Counted from the first letter of the stretch, positions 18,777 through 29,695 are shown. The stretch: 64,000 bases of DNA from Candidatus Bathyarchaeota archaeon (GCA_963775685.1 CAVZJV010000014.1:1152001-1216000); one strand, 5' to 3'. Translations and numbers: made by a program. Notes: a model not told the origin generated them from the letters alone.

Positions 18777-21700
18777 TTATGCCTTCTCCTTTAGTCTTAA
18801 TTTTGGTGTAATGCATAAACTCTGAAGCTCTTGCAACAAAAGCTTGAAAGCATAAGATACGATAACTGGGGCAATCTTGGCTTTCTCATCGCAAATCTTG
18901 CAGACGTAACGCCTTTGCTTCATGTCAAAGTAAGCGATTTGTCCGCAGTTTTCGCAGATGTAGAGTGTGTACTTGTCAGATTCTTCCAGCAACCTATCTC
19001 TAAGCAACATAGCGGCTCCGTGTCCTATGAGGCAGTCTCGTTCCATTTCTCCGAACCGAAGACCACCGCCCCTTGCTCGACCTTCAGTTGGCTGGCGGGT
19101 GAGCATTTGCACTTGACCGCGGGCTCTGGCGTGAATTTTGTCAGCAACCATGTGGTGAAGTTTCTGGTAGTAGACTATGCCAACGAATATATCTGCGACG
19201 AATTTTTCTCCTGTGGTGCCGTTGTAGAAGACTTCGCTTCCGGTTTGGCTGAATCCGAGTTTGACTAGGTTTTTGCGTACTTCGTCGGGTCCTTCGTTCG
19301 AGAAGGGTGTGCCGTCGCCGGGTTTGCCTCTTGCGCAGGCTGCTTTGCCTGAGAGTGATTCGATGAATTGTCCGATGGTCATTCTTGAGGGGATTGCGTG
19401 TGGGTTGATTATTAGGTCTGGAACCATTCCATCGTCTGTAAAAGGCAGGTCTTCTTGTGCAACTATTAAGCCGATGACTCCTTTCTGTCCGTGGCGTGAA
19501 GCGAATTTGTCGCCTAGTTCAGGGACTCTTTGGTCTCTTACTCGGACTTTTACGAGTTGGCTTCCTTCGCCTGACATCGTTACGAATATGCCGTCGACGA
19601 TTCCTGTTTCGGAAGGCCGCATGTCTACTGACGTGTCCCGCATTGAGGGTCCTTTAACTTCAAATTCTTTGTACTCTTCTAAAAATCTTGGAGGGCTAAT
19701 TCTACCGATCAAAACGTCTCCGCCGACCACTTGGGATTCTAAGCCAATTATTCCATCGGGTTCAAGTAAACGGTAGTATTGTTCACCTCGGTAACCGCGT
19801 GTGCCTGGTTCTGGAACGGTAAATTTGTCTTTTAATCCTCCTAAATATTGGCGGCATTCAGCTTCGTAGATACGGTAGAAAGTTGATCGGGCTAATCCTC
19901 GTTCAATGGATGCTTTGTTGAATATGATTGCGTCTTCCATGTTGTAGCCTTCGAAGCTAAGCACTGCAACAACACAGTTTTGTCCCGTGGGACGTTGTTT
20001 GTAACCCATAACATCCATGTTTTCAGTTTGTACCATAGGAACTTGTGGGTAGTGTAAGATGTGTGAACGTGAGTCAACGCGGTGGTGGAAGTTTGTGCCA
20101 TAAACTCCCAGCGCCTGTTTAGCCATGGCAGCTTGGTACGAGTTACGTGGTGACTGGTTGTGTTCCGGATATGGAATGGTTGAGGCACAAATTCCTAGAA
20201 TGGTAAAGGTTGCAATTTCCACGTGTGAGGACTTTGGTTCGACACCATCATATGAGAGTGCTATGTAAGTGTTTTCTTCTTCTTCAGCATCCAAATACTC
20301 AACTAAACCGTTCTTAACGAGATCTTCCCAAGTCCATTCACCTAAACCGATTTTCTCGAAGTGCTTGTTGCCGAGTTTTGGAACGCCGTTTTCTACAATT
20401 ATGAGAGGACGTCTGACTCTGCCTTCGTCGCAGTTTGCGTGTACTTCTTCGGTTTCTGTTTGAGCTTTGGAAAAGTAAGTTACGTTAACTTCAGTGGATA
20501 TTTCTCCTGTGCGCCTTTTTTGGCGGAATGACTGCACCAATTCTTGCGGGTTATTGCAGTAGCCGATTATGTTTCCGTCGACAAAGACTTTGGCGCCTGA
20601 AATACGCAACTCAATGGTGACCTCGTATGCTGGTACAGTGCCCATTTCAAAGAGTAACTGCTTAATTTTGTCCGGGTTCACTCCCACTGCGATGGAGGCT
20701 GATAAGGCGAGGTTTTTGACGAGCCCGCAGTTTGAACCTTCAGGAGTTTCATTGGGGCATAATCGTCCCCAGTGGGTTGGGTGTAAGTCTCGGGCTTCGA
20801 AGTTAGGTTGGCTTCTACTCAATGGTGATTGGAGTCGTCTAAGGTGGCTGAGGGTGGATATGTAGTTTGTGCGATCAAGGAGTTGGGTTATACCGACTCT
20901 GCCTCTTCCCCAGTTGCCCGTTGCTAATGCATGCTGGAAACGTTCAGTTATGATACCTGGGCGGACTGCGGCTGAGACAGTTATGATTGGGCCTTTAACG
21001 CCGATGCGTTCAAGTTGGTATTTTATGTCTCGTGTCAAGTTGCGGAATGAGACGCGGAAAAGGTCTGCTAGAAGGGGACCACCGAGTCTTAGACGTTTGT
21101 TTTTGAAGTGGTCTTTATCGTCGGGTTGGCGTCTGCCTGTTTTTAGTTGGATAACACGGTATGCCATTTCGCCAAGGAAGATGGCTTTTTCTTTGCGGTT
21201 TTTGTCACTTCTTCCAAGGTGTGGCAGAAAGTTTTTGTCTAAGGCGGTTTCGGCTTTTTGAAGTCGGTATTCTTCGACTTGCCCATGAGCCACACGGTTG
21301 CCGATGAATAGGATGGCATCGCTGGGAGTGTCTACACCGATCGCTTTTTCGAATGATGCCGAGAGTTGTGTTTGGGTTTCGCTATCGAGTGTAACAGCCT
21401 CGGCTATGTCTTTATCTTTTTCCATTGTTAATGCGCGCATGATAACAACGAAGGGAATTTCTGTTGGGACTCCGGGCATTGTTACGTAGATTGCGTCGTC
21501 AGATTTGAGTTTGAGTTCGATTCTGGCTCGGAACCCGACTGTAGTTGAGAAAATCTTTGCTTGATAGACTGGAGAGGTTCCTTTTTCGTCTATGTCAACG
21601 ATTACGCGGTTTGGAGCCAAGTCTTCCATGGCAACGATAACGCGTTCTGAACCATTAACTACAAAGTATCCACCTGGGTCATCGGGGTCTTCACCCGCCG

Positions 21701-22142
21701 CAATCAGTTCTTCTTTGGACAACTGGCTAAGGAAGCAAAGTTTGCTCTTCAGCATAACAGGGATGTTCCCAATGTAGACCAGCTCAGTATCCTGCTCTCT
21801 TCCATCCACAACAGGAGTCATTTCAAGAGCTATGGGCGCTGAATACGCCAAGTTTCTCAGTCGGGCTTCCATTGGGTAAATTTCATGTTTTGTTCCATCT
21901 ACCTCTGTGGCATATGGTCCTGTGATTCTTGATTGTGGGTCGATTACCCAGATTTGTCCGAGTTTGACTTTGTAGGGACTTTCTGGAACCTCGATAGGGA
22001 TTTCAGCCACTTCGTCGACGACTTCTTGGAGCCCGTGGTCGATGAATTCGTTGTAGCTGTCAAGGTGCTGGCGAACAAGGCCTTTTTCGCTGAAGAAAGT
22101 TTTCAGTAGATCATGGATATCTTCTTTTTGTACATTCGTCAA
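18777..22142 (-). CDS. rpoB: RNA polymerase subunit Rpo2 (B, unsplit)
   Basis: ETPEG.NCGL, GDKFASRHGQKG, GGLRFGEMERD, C-terminal Zn ribbon. Confidence 0.98.
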   Translation of the reverse strand: MTNVQKEDIHDLLKTFFSEKGLVRQHLDSYNEFIDHGLQEVVDEVAEIPIEVPESPYKVKLGQIWVIDPQSRITGPYATEVDGTKHEIYPMEARLRNLAYSAPIALEMTPVVDGREQDTELVYIGNIPVMLKSKLCFLSQLSKEELIAAGEDPDDPGGYFVVNGSERVIVAMEDLAPNRVIVDIDEKGTSPVYQAKIFSTTVGFRARIELKLKSDDAIYVTMPGVPTEIPFVVIMRALTMEKDKDIAEAVTLDSETQTQLSASFEKAIGVDTPSDAILFIGNRVAHGQVEEYRLQKAETALDKNFLPHLGRSDKNRKEKAIFLGEMAYRVIQLKTGRRQPDDKDHFKNKRLRLGGPLLADLFRVSFRNLTRDIKYQLERIGVKGPIITVSAAVRPGIITERFQHALATGNWGRGRVGITQLLDRTNYISTLSHLRRLQSPLSRSQPNFEARDLHPTHWGRLCPNETPEGSNCGLVKNLALSASIAVGVNPDKIKQLLFEMGTVPAYEVTIELRISGAKVFVDGNIIGYCNNPQELVQSFRQKRRTGEISTEVNVTYFSKAQTETEEVHANCDEGRVRRPLIIVENGVPKLGNKHFEKIGLGEWTWEDLVKNGLVEYLDAEEEENTYIALSYDGVEPKSSHVEIATFTILGICASTIPYPEHNQSPRNSYQAAMAKQALGVYGTNFHHRVDSRSHILHYPQVPMVQTENMDVMGYKQRPTGQNCVVAVLSFEGYNMEDAIIFNKASIERGLARSTFYRIYEAECRQYLGGLKDKFTVPEPGTRGYRGEQYYRLLEPDGIIGLESQVVGGDVLIGRISPPRFLEEYKEFEVKGPSMRDTSVDMRPSETGIVDGIFVTMSGEGSQLVKVRVRDQRVPELGDKFASRHGQKGVIGLIVAQEDLPFTDDGMVPDLIINPHAIPSRMTIGQFIESLSGKAACARGKPGDGTPFSNEGPDEVRKNLVKLGFSQTGSEVFYNGTTGEKFVADIFVGIVYYQKLHHMVADKIHARARGQVQMLTRQPTEGRARGGGLRFGEMERDCLIGHGAAMLLRDRLLEESDKYTLYICENCGQIAYFDMKQRRYVCKICDEKAKIAPVIVSYAFKLLLQELQSLCITPKLRLKEKA

Positions 22143-22682
22143 ATTTTCAAATCTCCCATAAATTTAACATAGAAATATGATGATTGTGATTTTTTGACTG
22201 GGTTAACTGGGTTTGTTTCACTCTTTCATTTCCTCCGATATTGGGTAGTCCAATTCGAAAAAGGGTTTCATCTAAGTTTTCTAAGAGCACAAACAGAAGC
22301 CGCATACCTTGCATATAAACTTTATTATGCACATCGCATTTAAAGTTAAAGGACTGTTAAACGTTCATAGAGTAATCTGTTAAAGAACCTTTGGCTTTGC
22401 TTTGAATTTAGTAAAAAAAAATTGTTCAAAATGTTTTCTAATATCCTGAAGGTACCATAACTGGATTTTGATTGTCTGTTAGAAGTACATTAAATCCGTT
22501 TTTCATCAAATTTCGTAGATTTATTTTTTCTCAGCAGCCGTTGTTCAAGATTACTTGCAAAACAACTTTTAGAAGACTGCCCCAGAATATGGCTTTTTTA
22601 CGTCTTAAAATTGTTTAAGTTGCAACTGATGTGCATATTCAGATGCAGTGGGTAACTACAACAGCAATAACCTATGCGCAAA

Positions 22683-23000
22683 CTAGTAATTGACAACTCT
22701 GTAACGGTTACGACCCAACCGACTCTGCCTCTCCTGTTGGGTCTTAGTCACATTTGAATTTTCCGTCTTCACCTCAAAAACTGTCGGTTCCCCAACCTTT
22801 TCACCAAAAAAATCCCGCTTCTGAACAACAAAATCGCCACCTTCCCGAATTTTTTGGCAATCATGACCCTGCATAGTCTGATCAAACGCAAAGCGATCTC
22901 GGGCAATCTCACCCTTCTGGCATCTTTCCGATTGGCTGAATCTTCGGGAAGTGTTGCCAAATCCCATGCGTTTTCTGGGGTCTGAGTTTTTTATAACCAA
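22683..23000 (-). CDS. Small putative PD-(D/E)XK nuclease-fold protein
   Basis: GDFVV...(13 aa)..VFEVKT resembles the D..EXK catalytic pattern; 105 aa. Confidence 0.5.
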   Translation of the reverse strand: MVIKNSDPRKRMGFGNTSRRFSQSERCQKGEIARDRFAFDQTMQGHDCQKIREGGDFVVQKRDFFGEKVGEPTVFEVKTENSNVTKTQQERQSRLGRNRYRVVNY

Positions 23001-23061
23001 TTAAGCTTTAACCTTTTGCCTTATAATAGCGAGGGGTGTAAATAAAAATTTGCCAAATTTT

Positions 23062-23949
23062 TCAACGTTTAATAATATCTACGTTTGAGCCTTCAGGTCT
23101 GCAGTCAACTGTTTTCTTGGAAATCAAAGTAAGCAAATTAGCATCTACTTCATAGCCAACGCTACTGCGTTCATTTTTCATTGCAATCTTTGTGGTTGTA
23201 CCTGAGCCTAGGAATGGATCGAGAACCATTTCGCCTTTGACACTAAACATTTTGATTAGGCGTTCTGCGATTTCTTCAGGGTACGCTGCGGTTCTGCGTT
23301 CCAGTTCGCTTGCGGTTTGCCTTGTTCCTTTCAGCGACCAGATTTGGCTAAACCACTCATCCCGCTGCTTTTTGGTGAAGGCACTCTCATAACGCAAGGC
23401 ATCTTTGGGTTGGAATTTGCGCAGACTTCTCTTCCTAAACAGCAAAATAAACTCGCAATCCAACGTAACATAGGCGTTTGGAGGAAGGAATCCTGAGCCT
23501 AAAAATGCTCCTTTGCCCTTGTAGGCTGGCTTGTTTGTAGGTTTTTTCCAAAGAATGTACGGAAGGGTGGTGAATCCGATTTTTTCGCAAATCTCGGTGA
23601 TTCGTGAGTGATTTGGATAGAGTTGGAATTTGGCGTTGATGCTACGGGTTGCGTCACCGATGTTTATACACGCGATTCCGCCGTCGACAAGTACGCGGTG
23701 GGTTTCAGCCCAAACTTTAGCCAAGTTTTCATGCATAGCTGTGTAGATTTGCCGCACAATTTCCATGCTGCCTTCTGAGTCCATTTTTTTGAATAATTTC
23801 GCTATTTTAGGATCAGCCCTGCAGAACAGTTCGTCCCACATGGCTATCATGGGGTAAGGCGGAGAAGTTACCATCAAATGGACACTGCCGTCGGCTAGCT
23901 CGGGCATTTGTTGGCTATTACCAACTATTATTTTGTGCTGGGTCTGCAT
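23062..23949 (-). CDS. Site-specific DNA methyltransferase (N4-C/N6-A, beta-type motif order)
   Basis: VTSPPY catalytic motif N-terminal, LDPFLGSGTT SAM motif C-terminal. Confidence 0.92.
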   Translation of the reverse strand: MQTQHKIIVGNSQQMPELADGSVHLMVTSPPYPMIAMWDELFCRADPKIAKLFKKMDSEGSMEIVRQIYTAMHENLAKVWAETHRVLVDGGIACINIGDATRSINAKFQLYPNHSRITEICEKIGFTTLPYILWKKPTNKPAYKGKGAFLGSGFLPPNAYVTLDCEFILLFRKRSLRKFQPKDALRYESAFTKKQRDEWFSQIWSLKGTRQTASELERRTAAYPEEIAERLIKMFSVKGEMVLDPFLGSGTTTKIAMKNERSSVGYEVDANLLTLISKKTVDCRPEGSNVDIIKR

Positions 23950-24043
23950 TGTCTCTATCTATCATCAGTTGCTTGTTTTTACTTTTGTGGTAGACGGGAA
24001 ATGATTAATAAGACCGAGCCAAACAGTTTTCTATCCGAAACTT

Positions 24044-24193
24044 GCTACGGTAACCAAGCTAGGTCAAAGGTGAAAGAGCGCATTTAGGTGCGTTCCACTA
24101 AGGACTCAAGATCTCGACGCTTTGACTCAAGCGCCCAAATGGGAAATCCTTTCCCTCAGGGGTTCGCAGGTTCAAATCCTGCCCGTAGCACCA
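24044..24193 (+). tRNA. tRNA-Leu(CAA) with two introns (24075-24101 at position 28/29; 24111-24145 at canonical 37/38)
   Basis: Acceptor GCTACGG/CCGTAGC plus ACCA, T arm GCAGG-TTCAAAT-CCTGC, long variable arm; after splicing the anticodon stem is AAGGA/TCCTT with CT-CAA-GA; both introns have BHB-like 4-bp helices with 3-nt bulges. Confidence 0.9.
24173..24193 (+). repeat. attL (tRNA 3' end)
   Basis: CAAATCCTGCCCGTAGCACCA, identical to 44015-44035. Confidence 0.9.
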
Positions 24194-24349
24194 TTCCAGA
24201 TAAGCATTTTTACGTCTCCGCGGCTTTGCGAAGTATATCCCTAAGTTGCACCGTGAGAACCGATAATTGATGATTCTCAATTTCTCCAACTGCTGATATG
24301 TTGCCCATTGAAAGAGCTTCTCTGGACAGCAGTTGCTCAGGGTTTTCGC

Positions 24350-25060
24350 CTAGCGCCGTATCATTTCTTTGATGGTGTCAAGTTTGCTGATTTGGGTTTT
24401 CTTTCGTATTGCCAATCCTGCTGCGGCATATATGGCTCGCATTCTGTCGATGCCTAAGCTCTGAATATCGTGGTAAGTGTCAACCGTGTGTCCCATAAAG
24501 TAGTCAACGTAATCGGGTTGTACACCTAAAGCAAGCATTTGAGTTTTGAAGAATTTGCGAATGCTGTGGACTCTGAGATCATACATGGTTCCAGTTTTGT
24601 TAGGTTTAATGAAGCCTGCCTTGACGTAGAGGTCGTGGACGGTTTTTCTTAGCTGTTTTGTGCTGATGCCTTTGGGTTTTCTGCGGGTTTCATCTATAAG
24701 CCAATAAAACCGCGTGTAGAACACCCAGTTAGCCATAGGGTCTTTTAGCGTTACAAAAGTATCTGTGAAGACTTGGAAAATCTCCAGTATCCTAGCCATA
24801 AAGCGACGATTCGCTGCGTCCACGATTGCTTGGTCGCTTGACGACAGCGGAGTATAAGCGGTTTCCCCCCGTGATAGTGCTTCCTGCATTTCTTCCGCGT
24901 GAGCCTCTAAGATTTGAGTCGCTCGTCTATGTAATTCGGTTTCGGCTCGATCTAACTCTATGTCCCCGTTTTCCCATGTTATTTTAGTTGTACCTTTTTC
25001 GGGAAGTTCAGGCAACACGTTTTTTTCTAATTCATGCAGTCTCTTGCTTAAGATATTCAT
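24350..25060 (-). pseudogene. Chimeric ORF: element protein N-terminus fused to a tyrosine integrase C-terminus
   Basis: First ~126 aa match 40131-40631; then LRVHSIRKFF (HxxR), MGH..DTY (H, catalytic Y); a frameshift near 24356 hides the ALGENPEQLLSREAL tail. Confidence 0.8.
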
Positions 25061-25341
25061 TTTTTCTTTTCCTCTGATTTCGGTATCAATATGCTGTTCT
25101 TGAGCTGCTCCTCCAAGGCTATCACCCGAAACTCCAAATCCTCATCCTTGAGCAAACCGCCGTAGGTTGAGACGGCTGAAACTAGAACTCTCGCCCAACC
25201 CTGCTTAGCTCGGTCACTGTTGCCAGCACCATGAATTTTTTTGTGAGACAGGCTTAAAACACCGTCTAAAACGCGAAATAACGTGTTTCCGCGATCCTTT
25301 GTAGAACGGCTTGATGTTGGTTTCTTCACAGTTTCAGTCAT
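25057..25341 (-). CDS. Element-encoded hypothetical protein (paralog of 40628-40912)
   Basis: Near-identical 94-aa paralog; C-terminal LE.RV..LEE.LK coil. Confidence 0.75.
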   Translation of the reverse strand: MTETVKKPTSSRSTKDRGNTLFRVLDGVLSLSHKKIHGAGNSDRAKQGWARVLVSAVSTYGGLLKDEDLEFRVIALEEQLKNSILIPKSEEKKK

Positions 25342-25344
25342 TGG

Positions 25345-25473
25345 TTATGGGCTCCTTTTCTTCGCTTGGGCTCTTTGCTTACGCTTCACAAACCGCCAAT
25401 ACTCACGCAACTCAGCCGAATGCTTGAACAATTTCTCGATGTCCATGACATTGGCTATTTCACGTCTACCCAT
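25345..25473 (-). CDS. Small basic protein (paralog of 40905-41015)
   Basis: FKHSAELREYWR..KRKQRA conserved in both repeat copies; below the ORF-track cutoff. Confidence 0.5.
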   Translation of the reverse strand: MGRREIANVMDIEKLFKHSAELREYWRFVKRKQRAQAKKRSP

Positions 25474-25775
25474 TTAAGAACTGAATAATAATTGTAAGAA
25501 ATTCCAAGTCAGATGTTGGAAGATAGAAAGAAAGTTACCGCAGAAAAAGGGCAGGCAACCGTTTGGCAAAACTCACGCAAGCGAATAAGACGGCAATTTT
25601 AGGGGTTGCTGAGGCTCTGGAACCGAATATAGGAGAAAAGAGGAAAATGCATAGCCTCTTTTGATTGCAGCTTTAATAATTCAAATTTTATCCAGAGCCT
25701 ACTCAACCCGTTTTATTCCAATGCATTTGTTCAAAACTAAAAAAATGGAAGGTGTTGTTGTTTGGTTGCTTTTAC

Positions 25776-28310
25776 TTATACCCGTCTCTTTGTGACAAGC
25801 AACGCAAGCACTATACCAACTACTGCAATAGCAACAATAATTGCTGCTACGCTGGGTAGTAGGTATGTGTCAGCCATGGATTCAACTGGAACTGCTGTTG
25901 GTGTTGGGGTTGGCGATGATGGGTCAACAGCGAAGGCTGTGACTGCATGCGACGGATAGTAGGAGCTGCTGCCTGCGAAAGAAACGGTGATAATGTATTT
26001 GCCTGGAACTTGAGGAGTGAACACGGCGCTGTAGAAGCCGTTTGTATCGCTTGTGGTTGTGCCTACCTCATAGTAATTATTGTTCGGGTCAAGTACAGTT
26101 ATGATAACATCAACACCTGTCGCGTTTGTAGGCTTAATCTGCTGCTGGTAGGCGTACTCCATCCATGCTTCCATGCTATCCTCAGACACAGCTGGAAGAC
26201 CATCTGCAAAACGTGTTGTGATTACATCCTGCGTCGTGCCTCCAGATGTGTCCATAACCGTACCCTTAACGAGTACGCTGCCGCCATTTACCGAAACCTC
26301 CGGAGAATACTGAAACTGTGGTGACAGTTGGTCCCATGCCGAAGCTATATATCTGGTTGTCAAAGCTATTCCATGAAATCAAGTAGCCGTCGCCTACTGG
26401 ACCATTAGTTGTACTGCTGTACTGTAGTATTTTCCACACTAAACTTCCATCAGTGCAGTTTATGGCAAGTCGATAGCTCGGATGTAATGGCGGAGTGTAC
26501 ATGATGCCTTCTGAGAGGAATAGTTTTCCATCTGCAATATTATGTCGATTGTAGCCGAAAATTGGGTAGCTTTCGAAAGGAGTGTCATAGCCTGCGTCTC
26601 CAGCATAATATCCATGCGATCTTTCCTGTCTCAAGGTCGATGGCGTTTACGTAGCCTCCGAGGTCGAAGATGTAGACTTTGCCATAAGCGATTTCACCAT
26701 CACGCCAAACAGCACTGTCGCCGCCTCCTTTCAGTTGAACTGGACCCCATAACATTTGACCGGTTGTTAGACTATAGCCCCAAGCCACATCCCTATCCTT
26801 GTTATGCATCACGTAGTAGCCGTCGCGCGCAAAGTACACTTGTGTCTTCATATGCGGGAGAGTTTGGTTTATTGGTCCCCACAGTTTAGCGCCTGTCTTT
26901 GCATCGTAGCCTGCGACGTATTGATAGCCCAAAGTCATTCCTTGATACGAAACCGCCCCGGGCACTTGGCGCATAAGTATTACTTCAGGGGTTACTGCAG
27001 CAATGCTAAGGCTGATGGTGTCACCGTTGATTGTAGTTGGAAGCTCCGTTTTCCACTCTGTAGCCGCTGGCATGGAACCGTTAATGGTACCGCTTACGCG
27101 AATGAATGTGCCTGTGGATATCAATTTGGTGTAGTTGTACATGCACAGATTGCCACCAGAAACGTAGTAGCCGATAATTGCTCCCTGCAGATCTGACTCA
27201 TAATCAACTAGCCTGCTTGTACTAATAGTATTAGTAACGTTTGCCAAAAAGTTTCCAGTATATGCATCGTATATTCCCATCCAGTTCGCTGCAAACGAGA
27301 AGGCCCCGCCGGCTCCCGGCGAACTATATAGGAATGCATTTGATCCGAACTCCTGATAGTTATTGTAGTTCACTATTTGACCCCATGCAATTGTCTCGAT
27401 GCCTGATATACCCGCAGGTTTGTCCCACAGTACTTTTCCTGTGTGAACGTCTACGGCTCTCCAGCCTAACACATTAGAATTTGGACTACCGTCATATACA
27501 TTGTAATAGAGTATTCCGTTGAGGATGCATATTGGGTGAAAGTACGATTGAATTAGCGAGACCGAACTGTAAGCAGTGGATGAATCGCTGGCGATGGGTG
27601 ATCCTGGTTGGCCTCCGAATTGGGTTGGTTTCGTCCACACGATATGGGCAGAGTTTGGTGCTTGACCAGATGGCAGGACGTTTCCATAGCATCGTATGCC
27701 CCTTGACCGCCTACTCCAAACCAGTTAGACCCTATTTGTCCCCATTGCCAGTTAGTTGCATATATTGGGCGCGTCCAGAATTCAGTTGGAAGAGGAGGAG
27801 TCTGATATATTGGTTCTATTGGCTCTGTCGTTACTATCAGGGTCTTTATATTGCTTTCAGATGGCAACATTTTACTGCCAATCAGATTTTGGCTACTGCT
27901 ACTGAGGGTGGGATTATTTGGATTATTGCCTGTTAATACTTGTCCAGGATAAAAGGCTTGGAGAGTGTAATTGCCGACTTTATCGGGTGTAAAGTTAAGC
28001 ACTGCGCCTGCGACCGGGCTTGCAAGGTATGGTCCGTAAGTGGTTATATGTCCGTCAGGGTCTGTTATGTCGAGGGTTATGTCTTCATAGAGATCGCCTG
28101 TGTAACCCGCGCCTGTTGGTGTGGGTTTGCTGAAAGTGATGCCGACATAAACGTTTTGGCCAAGCCTACAGGGTCAGGTGAAGCGGTTACAAATAAGAAT
28201 GTTGGAATATCAATTGCTTGCGCAGGAGCAAGAGTAATCATAACAGGTAATGTCAACAGTAGAATCAAAGCAATAGTAGAAAGTTGCGTTTTTTTCTTTA
28301 TTAATAACAT
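25776..28310 (-). pseudogene. Secreted, C-terminally anchored PQQ-like beta-propeller surface protein, multiply frameshifted
   Basis: Signal peptide (28077-28310 fragment), AID..TG...W propeller repeats, PT-rich linker and TM + KRR tail (25776-26363); at least five ORF fragments in different frames. Confidence 0.8.
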
Positions 28311-28571
28311 TTTTTTCTCCTTCGTTTTAGATCTATAAGAATATAGACGATTTCATATTTCCCAAGATAGCGCTAATATAATTTTGTCTTAACACTCTAA
28401 TAATACAGAAAACTGTAAACTTGATAGTCGTACAGAGAGGTGACATTTTTGCTTAAAGATACGGATGTTATGTTTCTAGACTTGCCAGTTAAGGACCGCA
28501 TAGCAAGCTATCATTAGTTAATTTAATATACCGAAATTAACGATAAGAGTCTTGGAGATTTCTTACAAAAT

Positions 28572-29371
28572 TTGGAGAATGTAATGGATGCAAAAACATC
28601 GAAAAACGAAGCCTTACAGTATTTAATCCAGCTTGGTCTAACCCGGATACAGGCCAAAATATACCTTACTCTTTTGCTTTATGGCAAAGCTGAAGCTCGC
28701 ATTATCGCCCACTGGTCAAAGTCCCCAAGAACAGAAGTCTATAGAGCACTGAATGAACTTCAAGAAAACGGTTTGGTCGATAGAGAATTAAGTTGCCCAT
28801 TAAAATTCATCGCGGTGCCTCCCTCCCTGGGATTAAAAGCCTTTATCGACCACAAACTCCACGAAATTAACCAAATGCAAAAAACCCTAGAAAATTTTCT
28901 CTGAAGTTTGAAAGCAACCAAGAGCCAGACACAGAAAAAGAATACAAGATAACTTCAATCGAAGGGAGGAAAAGAATTATAACAAAAATCAAGCAACAGC
29001 ATGACTCAGCTAATTTATCTATCGATATTATATCATTTTTACCAAGATTTCTTTACATTGCTAGTGAATGCATGGAAAATTATAAAAAAGCCATAAAAAG
29101 AGGCGTAAAATACAGAATACTCCTTGGGAGACCTAATGACTCGCAAGACCTATCCCGCGAAATAAAAGAAGCGCATAAAAATGAAAACACCATAGTAAAA
29201 AAAGTTGTCGGATGTCTTCGAGAAAACTCAGCAATTTTTGACCAAAAACACATAAGCTTCAGCTACTACCCCGATAGACATATTGTAGAATCGCCATTAA
29301 TACTAACAAATCATCCGTGTCTAGTTTGGTTTGCACTGAACTCATTTCAAAGAACTTGGGATTCAACTTAA
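28572..29371 (+). pseudogene. TrmB-family transcriptional regulator, frameshifted
   Basis: LGLT..QAKIYL.LL..G...R.EVYR.L..L...GLV HTH; sensing domain continues in another frame after ~28900. Confidence 0.8.
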
Positions 29372-29404
29372 GCGCATTAATCCAGCGAGCATTGTTTTAT
29401 ATCA

Positions 29405-29695
29405 TTAAAAAAAGGGGTTTGCAGGATATGTCTCCAGAAAACTAAGGGTCCGTACTAGACGACGCGCCAACAATGTTGGACTACGGTAGTACGTACCTAA
29501 ATATGAAGTTTTTAGTTTGCGGAACAGTTTAGCTTCGTTAATCTCTGTCACGTATTGGAATCCGGCTTCTATGAGTTGCGTTGCTTCTTCCACAGTTTTG
29601 GCGGCTTTGCAGATGTATTCTTCGTTTTGTGGTAGTGCGAGCAGTTGAGTATAGCGAAGTGTCGTTTTTATGTTTCTGTGACCGAGCAGTTCTTG
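29405..29695 (-). pseudogene. Second tyrosine recombinase C-terminal remnant
   Basis: In-frame upstream extension QELLGHRNIKTTLRYTQL (LGH...T..Y motif) followed by AKTVEEATQLIEAGFQYV. Confidence 0.8.

Larger units (their letters stand above)
24682..25548. repeat. Diverged direct repeat copy 1 (~0.87 kb)
   Basis: Aligns by eye to 40250-41113 across three ORFs and the upstream region. Confidence 0.88.

Noticed and set aside
15029-21777. Many plus-strand ORFs over rpoA/rpoB (and similar ones over AOR, EF-2 and SMC)
   Set aside because: Antisense shadows of well-supported genes with no motifs
14942-22142. Inteins in RpoA/RpoB
   Set aside because: Lengths are normal and no intein-like insertions interrupt the conserved motifs
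22147-22332. 61-aa ORF upstream of rpoB as rpoH
   Set aside because: No RpoH motifs; probably promoter/leader sequence
24088-24289. Short ORFs on both strands
   Set aside because: They overlap the tRNA-Leu gene; the minus one is partly run-off from the integrase remnant
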